A DNA stretch of 63,535 bases, counting the filler, from Octopus bimaculoides (lineage: Eukaryota): the NCBI RefSeq assembly GCF_001194135.2. It is 6 parts of 6 records of this genome, joined end to end, with 100 filler letters (N's around TTAATTAATTAA, not from the genome) between each part and the next. Parts side by side here need not be neighbours in the genome. Positions count along the whole stretch, not along the records: positions 54,990 to 63,535 come from NC_068981.1; 5 more parts are not named here. One strand, written 5' to 3'. The notes under the pieces are model-generated. The model was not told the DNA's origin. It did no database searches and was given only the letters and a program-made list of their open reading frames with translations. Position numbers and translations under genes: made by a program. Of this stretch, positions 55,422 to 63,535 are shown one piece after another. The first letter of the stretch is position 1; each line of letters opens with the position of its first letter.

Positions 55422-55514
55422 TAATAATAATAATAATAACCACCCTTACATTAGCATGTAAGAGTTAATATTGCTATAATAAATCTTACTGTGATAACAA
55501 TGTTTTAATATTTC

Positions 55515-56215
55515 AATGATGTTTATGCTGAATAAAATAAGTACCAGTGGAGCACTGGGGTCGATGTAATGGACTTTGCCACTCTCCTGATATTGCTGGC
55601 CTTGTGCCAGAATTTGAAACCAGAATTCCAGTGATGTTTATGGTCAATAAAATAAGTACCAGTTGAGCACTGGGGTTGATGTAATTGACTTTGCCACTCT
55701 CTGGAAATTGCTGGCCTTGTGCCAAAATTTGAAACCAGAATTCTAGTGATGTTTATGGTCAATAAAATAAGTACCAGTTGAGCACTGGGGTCGATGTAAT
55801 TGACTTTGCCACTCTCCTGAAATTGCTGACCTTGTGCCAAAATTTGAAACCAGAATTCCAGCTATGTTTATGGTCAATAAAATAAGTACCAGTTGAGCAC
55901 TGGGGTCGATGTAATTGACTTTGCCACTGTCCTGATATTACTGGCCTTGTGCCAAAATTTGAAACCAAAATTCCAGTGATGTTTATGGTCAATAAAATAA
56001 GTACCAGTTGAGCACTGGGGTCGATGTAATTGACTTTGCCACTCTTCTGAAATTGCTGGCCTTGTTCCAAAATTTGAAACCAGAATTCTAGTGATGTTTA
56101 TGGTCAATAAAATAAGTACCAGTTGAGCACTGGGGTCGATGTAATTGACTTTGCCACTCTCCTGAAATTGCTGGCCTTGTGCCAAAATTTGAAACCAGAA
56201 TTCCTCTGATGTTTC
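55515..56215 (+). repeat. Tandem array of about 6 x 115 bp derived from the 3' half of SINE family B
   Basis: aataaaataagtaccag starts at 55531, 55646, 55761, 55876, 55991 and 56106 (exact 115-bp period). The unit matches the reverse complement of 52165-52275. Confidence 0.95.
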
Positions 56216-56420
56216 TATTATTTATTATAATTAATAGAGATTGTATTTACTTAGTATCATTTAAATGTTGATTATAATTTTCTAATTGCTAATGTATTAT
56301 AATAATTACATATAACTTTGTCTTCAAATACTTTTCTGTCTTGACCAACTGAACTCCCCATCTCACCCCTAATCCCCCACCAACGAAATGATTTTATCTT
56401 TTTATTTTTTCATAATTTAG

Positions 56421-57947
56421 TTGTGCTGGACGTTTGTAGCAGAGGTCATATACTGCAAAATGTGGAGTTGGATGTTCAGCCATTCTGGGAACCATCTGAA
56501 GAAAATACCATCTCAAGACAGCAAGTCTATGACTATTTAGTACCTTCCAGGTTCCATCTGACTTTTTTAAAGACACATAAAATCATAGTTAATGACCAAT
56601 TAAAGAAATGGGCTGAAGTTCTTTGGAGAGATTCCAAGTTTAATAAACTGAAATTAAATTATTCTGAAGGAAATTTTGAGGAAATTGAACAGTCTTTGAA
56701 AGATTTATTAAATTCCATTACTGTTGAAACTATTGATGTTCCAACCGATATTTTTGAAGACATTGTTAGAATATTTAACAGTCAAGTTGATAAGATGTAT
56801 TTTTATTTTGATTACCAAAACTGCCAAGCTAATATTTTGGGATTTAATAAAAGTAATGTGATTAAAATGAAAAACAGACTTTTGGATCATTTTAGAAGGA
56901 TATGTGAGTATGATTTAAATATTCATGAAAGACGTATTCTATCTGGTCACAGATTTTTTGAGCAGGCACAAAGACAATCTGAAGATCTACAAGTTAGAAT
57001 TCATGGTGACAAAGTTATTTTTGAAGGCCAGTCTTCTGAAATAACTAATTGTCAAAAGGATATGAATAAAATACTCCAGGCAGTTGTAAAATCTAAACTG
57101 TGTTTACCTTTAAATGCTGGAATGATCATAAATAAAAAACCAGTGAAAGAATATCTTGATGAAAAACTGAGAGGCAAGAAATGTATTGGTTCCTGGGAAC
57201 CAGGTAATGGTGATTCAGTATTACTTTATGCAAGTGATAAAAGACATCTTTCAGATTTGGAAAAAGTTATGAAACAAAGTTTTGTTGCCAATACATTGGA
57301 TTTTGTAGACAAAATTAAGGGTACTCCAAATCATGGAAAGTGGTTGACATTTGTTGAAAGTCTAAAAAAAGAGTTTCCAAATTCCCATTTTATTGGAGAA
57401 GATTCTATTGTTGCTGTTGATGCAATAATTAATGATATAAAAAGCAAAATTGATAACTTTGAGCAATCGTTAACTTATGAATCTTATATATCGATGCCTC
57501 TTGAACATTTCCTCTTTCTTAAAGAGTTCAAAGAACAGGAAATCAATGACTTTGGTGAGAAAAATAAAATGAAGAATGTGTGTCTCAAAGATAATAAGTT
57601 ACACGTGGAAGGAACACAAAAAAAAATTAGGAAAATGGAAACATTTATAGGAAATCTAAGAAAAGATATCAGCTCAAAAGAAGTAAACTTTGAAATGTTT
57701 GGATTTCAAGAATTTCTGGAAAGTGAAGCAGGAAAGAATTTCTTATGTGAAATGCAGAATGAATCTGAGAGTATAATATCATTAAATTCAGATTTAGGAA
57801 GTGAAACAGAAGAAATACTTAATTTTAAGTATAAAAACTGTGAAATAGTGTTGAGGGAAGGTGACATCACAACTCTGGACACAGATGCTATTGTTAATGC
57901 TGCAAATGGCAGACTGGAACACATGAGAGCAGCCATTGTGCAGAAAG
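56421..57947 (+). CDS. PARP14: Large internal exon of a macrodomain-PARP (PARP14/PARP9/PARP15 family): RRM C-terminal end, probable KH-like region, N-terminus of a macrodomain
   Basis: Stop-free 509 codons with a pyrimidine-rich acceptor (cataatttag|tt) and donor (aaag|gttagt), phase 1/1. The N-terminus GHILQNVELDVQPFW resembles RRM ends in this family. The C-terminus EIVLREGDITTLDTDAIVNAANGRLEH is a macrodomain signature. The symbol is a best family match; orthology versus PARP9/15 is untested. Confidence 0.88.
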
Positions 57948-57992
57948 GTTAGTCATACCATTTTTTATAGTTTAACGTTTCTTTTCAGATCC

Positions 57993-58150
57993 ATGTGTGG
58001 TTGAGAAGCTTACTTCCTGACCATGTGGTTTCAGGTTCAATCCTACTCATAGCATTTTGGACAAGTGTCTTCTGTTGTAGGTCAATGGTTGGCCAAAGCC
58101 TTGGAAGTGGATTTCGTTGATAGAAACTGAAAGAAGCTCATCGTCCTTGC
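57993..58150 (+). mobile_element. SINE family A, 5' half (intronic, CpG-decayed)
   Basis: gtgtggttgagaagcttacttcctgaccatgtgg...ttttggacaagtgtcttct...ggccaaagccttggaagtggattt...gaaactgaaagaagc. Confidence 0.82.
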
Positions 58151-58519
58151 ATACATATAAATATATATATGTATATATATGTGGAGGGGGAGTAGCAAGA
58201 TCTTGACAGCACACGATGGTTGTAAATGAACATCACCATCACACAAGTGATGTTGTGTCATTTCCAGTCTTCCATGAAAAACATGTCTGACCATGGGGAA
58301 ATATTCCCTCATTTGGAAACATGTGACACTTGGCTACAGGAAGGACATCCAACCATGGACAAGAAATTATGGTGGTGGTGATTTCTATTTGTGTAACAAT
58401 AATCGTTTATAGAGTTGAGACACTTGATCACTGACCAGTCCCTATAATCTGGATAATTATAAATGTTGAAGATATGCTGTGCTCGAGAAGACCTCACAAG
58501 CCAAGTGAGACCATAGCCC

Positions 58520-59126
58520 ATGGCCTATACCAGTGAGTAACCAGCCCACCTACGAATACCCTTCATTCATTGGACAATAAACTCTACTTGCAAAGACTTA
58601 GTGAGGCAAGTGAAACCCAAATCAAAATCGCTGACGTGGCCGATAACAGTACCGCCTGATTGGCACTCGTGCCAGTGGAATGTTAGAGGCAGATCTGAGC
58701 ATGATCGTTGCCAGGGCCTCGAATTGGCTCCTGTGCCGGTGGCACATAAAGAAAGCAGCATTCGAGTGTGATCGTTGCCAGCATCGCCTTAGTGGCACAT
58801 GTGCCAGTAGCACATGAAAAACAACATTTGCGTGTGGTCGTTGCCAGTGCCGCCAGAGTGGCTCCCATGCAGGTAGCATGTAAAAAAAAAACACCTTTTG
58901 AGCATAGTCATTGCCAGAACCGCCTGACTGGCCCTCGTGCCGGTGGCATGTAAAAAGCACCCATTACACTCATGGAGTGGTTGGCATTAGGAAGAGCATC
59001 CAGCTGTAGAAACTTTGCCAGATCAGATTGGAGCCTGCTGCAGCCTTCTGGCTTGCCAGACCTCAGTCAAACCATCCAACTCATGCCAGCATGGGAAGCG
59101 GATGTTAAATGACGATGATGATGATG
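58520..59126 (+). mobile_element. RTE-type 3' region with five diverged 66-70-bp hairpin units and a (GAT)n tail
   Basis: Units begin with g[a/g]tcgttgccag. The 3' end catccagctgtagaaa...catgccagcatgg...gttaaatgacgatgatgatg is shared with the RTE tails at 62100-62150 and 63410-63510. Confidence 0.75.
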
Positions 59127-59199
59127 TTGTCATCAACATTTACATTCCATTTAAATAAACTTTTGTCTGATGCAATGCTGGTCTCTTCTTCTGTTACAC

Positions 59200-60235
59200 A
59201 TCATTCCATACCACTCGTTTCTCTTATGCTTCTATGTAGTTGCTCATCCTACTTTCCCCTCTCTTATCTCCTCTCTATCATTCACACCCATCATTCTTTG
59301 CCATGTTACTCTTCCTCTTATCCTTATTCCCCCCTTTTTTTTTTCTCCATTTCACTCTTAAACTCTCCTACAATAATCAACTGCAAATGTTTGCCAAGTC
59401 CTGAACTACAATTCAAGAAATATTGTTGTTCAGGTTTGGAAAGCATCCCTTTCCTTCGAATGCACCCACAACCTACTGGCCTGTTGCTCTTTCCCCTATC
59501 ACATCACTCAGTCGGAATTCCTCCCTTTGCTCTTCCCTACACTGCCATACATGTCCCTTCTTCTCTAGCACCACCATATTCACTGGTGCCCATGACTGCT
59601 TCCTTGCCATCACTGATTCCTTCTCTGGCACCTCCAGTCATCTGATTTACTGCATCCTCTTCTCTCTTTGCCATTCCTCATACATTGGACAGACTGGTTG
59701 CTGCCTGGCTGACTCTTTGCTGACACCTTGGTCTTGTGCCATTACTGCTTGATTGGTCATTCCTTGCAACATCTGTCCATGTTCAGACTGGTTTTGCATA
59801 GAGGCTACCCAGACTCCTGTCTCCATCTGGAAAGGGAAATAATTCTCCCGCTCTGTAGTGGTTAAGAGCACAGGTTATTAACCCCAAGATTCCGAGTTCG
59901 ATTCCAGGCAGCGACCTGAATAATAATAAAAATAATAATAATAACATCGAAAATACCTTAGGAATGAGAACCCAGGTTCAAAATTTCCCCAAGACGCCTG
60001 ATGAAGGCTGGAGGGTATATCATGCGAAACGTTGTGCTAACAACAAACAAGATGAGGACAAATATCTGTCAAATGTAAATAATGTACTCTGACACATGTT
60101 TCTTCTTTTCTCTCTCTTCTTCTATTCTTTCTGTCAAAGAGTAGGCTCAAAATGGTAAACACTTCTATTCTCTCTAAGCATAAAGTTGATACACTATTTT
60201 CCTTTACCTCATCATCATGTTATTTATAATTTTTG
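59200..60235 (+). mobile_element. Second Penelope-like element (Cys-rich linker, GIY-YIG, terminal repeat), interrupted by a SINE at 59850-60086
   Basis: ORF 59423..59752: CSSLHCHTCPFF...ITDSFSGTSSHLIYCILFSLCHSSYIGQTGCCLAD (GIY-YIG), then HSLQHLSM...LHLEREII. A decayed hammerhead-type repeat ctgtcaaagagtaggctcaaaatggtaaacac lies at 60131. Confidence 0.8.
59850..60086 (+). mobile_element. tRNA-headed SINE (family C) carrying a minimal hammerhead ribozyme motif
   Basis: A box tagtggttaag, B box gagttcgattcc, (AAT)n linker, then gacgc-CTGATGA-A-ggctg...catgc-GAAAC-GTT-gtgct (59993-60038). Confidence 0.8.
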
Positions 60236-60253
60236 CACCACACACACACAAAT

Positions 60254-62150
60254 ATATGTAGGAAAGGAGTTGGAAGTAATTCCATTTGCTGCACCCAGTG
60301 TAAACCATGGAAACATAAGAGATGCTGTGGAATCACAGGTAGATTAACAGATAAAGTCGTCTTTATATGTGGCAGATGTGCAGGAACTATAAGCACTCAG
60401 AGCACACGGGGCTTAGATTCTTTCAAATATCCAGGAGGTTCTCTTGAGGTTGTAGGCAGTTTCTGTTTCCCAAGTGACCAAATTAGCCATGGTGGAGGAT
60501 GCTCTGGAAGTATTATTTCTAGAATAAGAATTGGGTGGAGGAAGTTCAGAGAGCCATTACCTCTGTTGGCAGAATGAAAGGTAGACTCTATGATGCTTGT
60601 GTTTGAACGGCTATACTCCATGGTAGTGGGATATGGGCTCTGAGTACAGAAGGCATGCGTAGACTGGAGAGAAATGAAGGCGGTATGCACCATTGGATGT
60701 GAAACAACAGTGCACATGTATGGCAAAGTGCAAATGTATTGAGAGAAAAATTGGGCATAAGAGGAATCAAATGTAGCTTGCAAAAGAGAAGACTACATTG
60801 GTTTGGACATGTGATGTGTATGAATGAGGACAGCTGAATAAAGAAGTGCTGATCATTGAAAGTGGATGGTGTCCACAGAAGAGGGAGACCCAGGAAGACA
60901 TGGGATGAAGTGGTAAGGACTGATCTCAGGAAGTTGGACCTCATGGAGGAAATGACAATTTACTAAGATGCCTGGCGATATGAAGTTCTTGAGAAGACCC
61001 AGCCACATCAGCAAAACTGAATTCTCACACACCCTACCCCAACAAACCAATCTGCATCTCTACATTTCTTCTCTTCCTCACATTACTGCTTCATGCCCTT
61101 GGATTACATCCCACTCCTGTCCCCTTGGACCTTTGTCACTGTATCATTGCTCTCCACTTGCTCCTGACCTGTGTGTCCTACCCACATGTCCTTCTTAGTC
61201 TATTATTGCTATCTGCTAGCCCCCGACCTATGTGTTCCACCCACACATAACTCCTTCATACATTATGCTTAGCTCTCACTCCCCAATCCTGTCCTCACAC
61301 CCGTTCCTCTGTATCATTGCTATCCAGTAGCCTCCCCCACCACCACCAACTCCATACATCCCCAGGTCTTTCACCACTTACTCGCACTTTTTAATCACAC
61401 TTACTTCACAATATCTTGTTACTTATATTATGGCATTTGAACCTCGAAGGTATGCCCTGGCACTTGCCACCATCTATACCTCTTTCTTCCTTTACTCAAC
61501 CATCCCATTTATATTCTGATCCCTGACCATTGTGAGTATGCCCAGCACTTTGCCACCATCTCCATCCTGCTGTCTCCCACTCTCTTTCCTTCTCCTGCAC
61601 TTCCCTCGGGTTGAGCAACCGTGTATTCTCTCTGTGGTAGCACACCTGTTTCTGTCTTCATTCCTGATCTCTCTCTCTCTCTCTCCGGCCAGGTAACTTT
61701 GTACTTCCTCTTCAGCTACACACCTGTATCTGTCTCGCTATAACCTTTTCATCATCACCTCCTCCAATGCCTCCTCCCCCTTAAAAGTTTTTGTCTTGCA
61801 AGTACTTGGTGACCCTGTCAGTGCAGATGCTACTTAAAAGCTTCCAGTGCACACTCTAAAGTCGTTGGTGCTCAGAAGGGCATCCAGCTGTAAAAACCTG
61901 GCCAAAAGTGACCTCACCTGTGCTTGTGACACACAAAAAGCACCACTCACCTCACCTGTGCTTGTTCCATGAAAAAGGCATTAAGTCCACTCTGCTGGCT
62001 GGTTGGTGTTTAAAAGGGCATCCATCTGTGAAAATCCTGACAAAACAATCACAGAAGTCTGGTGCAGGTTTTAGCTTCGCCAGCTCCCATGAAACTGTCC
62101 CATCCATGCTAGCATGGAAGGCAGACGTTTCAAATGATGATGATGATATC
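60254..62150 (+). mobile_element. RTE/BovB-type LINE 3' portion (RT C-terminus with Cys/His finger, long 3' UTR, (GAT)n tail)
   Basis: ICRKGVGSNSICCTQCKPWKHKRCCGI...FICGRC...RIRIGWRKFREPLPLL; KGRLYDACV*TAILHGSGIW; RRLHWFGHV...RRGRPRKTWDEVVRTDL; tail catgctagcatggaaggcagacgtttcaaatgatgatgatgat. Confidence 0.88.
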
Positions 62151-62670
62151 TTCATCATTTAATCTATTGTCCATGCTGGCATGGGTTGGACAGTTTGACT
62201 GAAGCTGCACCAGTTTCCAGTCTAATTTGGCTTGGTTTCTAAGGCTGGATGCCCTTCCAAATGCCAGCCACTTTACAGTGTGTGCTGGGTGCTTTTAACT
62301 TGGCATCACATGAGCGTTTACACGTGACACTAGTACAGGACTCTTGTAAGCCAATCTTTTCCCCCAGGGGGAGCAGCCTTAGCACTTCTGCTGAGGAGGA
62401 CAGGTCTTCATCAGCACAGGTATCTCGGTCCTTTGTCATCTCATCCTCAAGGTTCACCATTCTGAGGTTCTCCTTCAGTACTTCGTCCTATGTTTTCCTG
62501 GGTCTCCCTCTTCCACAAGTCTCATCCACTTTGAATGAACGGCACTTCTTTGTGCAGCTGTCAGCATCCATCCACATCATGTGACCAAACCAGCGCTCTC
62601 TTCTCTCGCAGACTGCATCCAATTCTTCTTCTGACGAACTTCTCTCTCAATACACTAACGCACTGTTGCA
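62150..62670 (-). mobile_element. Second RTE-type 3' fragment, inverted relative to 60254-62150
   Basis: The minus strand gives RWFGHMMWMDADSCTKKCRSFKVDETCGRGRPRKT and the tail gaagggcatccagcc...cccatgccagcatggac...aaatgatgaagat. Confidence 0.85.
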
Positions 62671-62874
62671 TATATATATACATATACACACACGTATGTA
62701 TGTATACAAGTAATGTGTTATAGAATTAAAATACAATATATATATTGATATAATATAACAACATGCATTTATAATAATATATATCTATATTAATATATAA
62801 TGTAATATATTACATATGTTAACATATATTAACATGTATTAAACAGGAACATAAGAAAGCTAATATCTTTGCAG

Positions 62875-63123
62875 GTGGGATTGGAATTCAAGCTGAATCC
62901 AATGAAATTATGAAACAAAGAAGGATTGAACTGAAACCTGGAGAAGTAGTGTCAACTAAAGCTGGTAAACTCAAATGCAAGACTATCATTCATGTTGTTG
63001 GACCTGTTTGGAATAATGGACGGAACCATGAAATATTTCACCTTTCAAGAGCTGTTCAAAATTGTTTGGCATTTCTTGAAGAAAAGTCTTACACGTCAAT
63101 TGCAATTCCTGCTATCAGTACAG
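62875..63123 (+). CDS. PARP14: Next exon of the PARP14-like gene: central macrodomain
   Basis: Acceptor tctttgcag|gt and donor acag|gtaaga, 249 bp, phase 1/1, in frame with the exon ending at 57947. Translation: GIGIQAESNEIMKQRRIELKPGEVVSTKAGKLKCKTIIHVVGPVW...AVQNCL...YTSIAIPAISTG (HVVGP and SIAIPAISTG macrodomain motifs). Confidence 0.93.
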
Positions 63124-63279
63124 GTAAGAATTTACCATTTTTATTCTGCTCAAATTATTCGGCATAGAAATAGTAATTACAATATTTAGCCAATAGTAAG
63201 GCAACTATCCTGTCCCTCTATCATACTCTAACCTCTCCCCTGGCACCCATCCACTTCCCTTGGTTTCACCCCCCCCCCT

Positions 63280-63512
63280 CAACTAAAATTCTTTGTCCTG
63301 CAAGTAACTTGACAACCCCACATTTTACGTGGCACCAGCACCTGTGATGGTGTCACATAAAAAGCACCCAGTGCATTCTCTAAAGTGGTTGGAATTCTCT
63401 AAAGGAAGGGCATCCAGCCATAAAAACTGTACCAAAAGAGAAAATTGGTGCCTGGGCAGCTCTCCGGCCTTGCCAGCATCGAAAACAGATGTGAAATGAT
63501 GATGATGATATT
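63280..63512 (+). mobile_element. RTE-tail-derived short element
   Basis: ttctttgtcctgcaagtaact...gtcacataaaaagcacccag...gaagggcatccagcc...tgccagcatcgaaaacagatgtgaaatgatgatgatg. Confidence 0.7.
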
Positions 63513-63535
63513 ATATATATATTATTGTAGAAGAT

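Noticed and set aside
55513-56185. Repeated 70-105 aa ORFs on the minus strand
   Set aside because: These are by-products of the 115-bp array, whose period shifts frame each unit; there is no protein signature.
55515-56215. CRISPR-like array
   Set aside because: The units are near-identical over their whole 115 bp with no unique spacers. They are SINE-derived, the context is eukaryotic, and no cas genes are present.
56708-57936. Minus-strand ORFs 56708..56890 and 57706..57936
   Set aside because: They are antisense shadows of the PARP14-like exon.
59850-59917. tRNA gene
   Set aside because: A and B boxes are present, but the acceptor and anticodon stems do not close and the sequence continues into a SINE body.

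Overview
Eukaryotic draft-assembly DNA: AT-rich, microsatellite-dense and with many N gaps. The repeat complement (tRNA-derived SINEs, RTE LINEs with (GAT)n tails, Penelope-like elements, mariners) suggests an octopus or other cephalopod; this is an inference from recall, not a database result. Only one host gene is supported, a + strand macrodomain-PARP (PARP14-like). Two phase-1/phase-1 exons are visible: a 1,527-bp exon (56421-57947; RRM end, probable KH-like region, start of a macrodomain) and a 249-bp exon (62875-63123; middle of that macrodomain). Its 5' coding exons and 3' end are not visible. Most of the rest is decayed mobile DNA: three mariners, two CR1/L2-type LINEs, an internally deleted R4/Dong-type LINE, two Penelope-like elements, RTE fragments and many SINEs. 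Most notable observations: (i) the macrodomain lacks the three codons carrying the conserved diglycine loop; (ii) a perfect 114-bp inverted repeat lies inside a 12-bp direct repeat; (iii) minimal hammerhead-ribozyme cores occur in Penelope-type terminal repeats and in a tRNA-headed SINE; (iv) a 6 x 115-bp satellite built from a SINE 3' half sits just upstream of the large exon; (v) two RTE copies meet tail-to-tail in an intron. No CRISPR array, true tRNA or rRNA is supported. Repeat boundaries are approximate.
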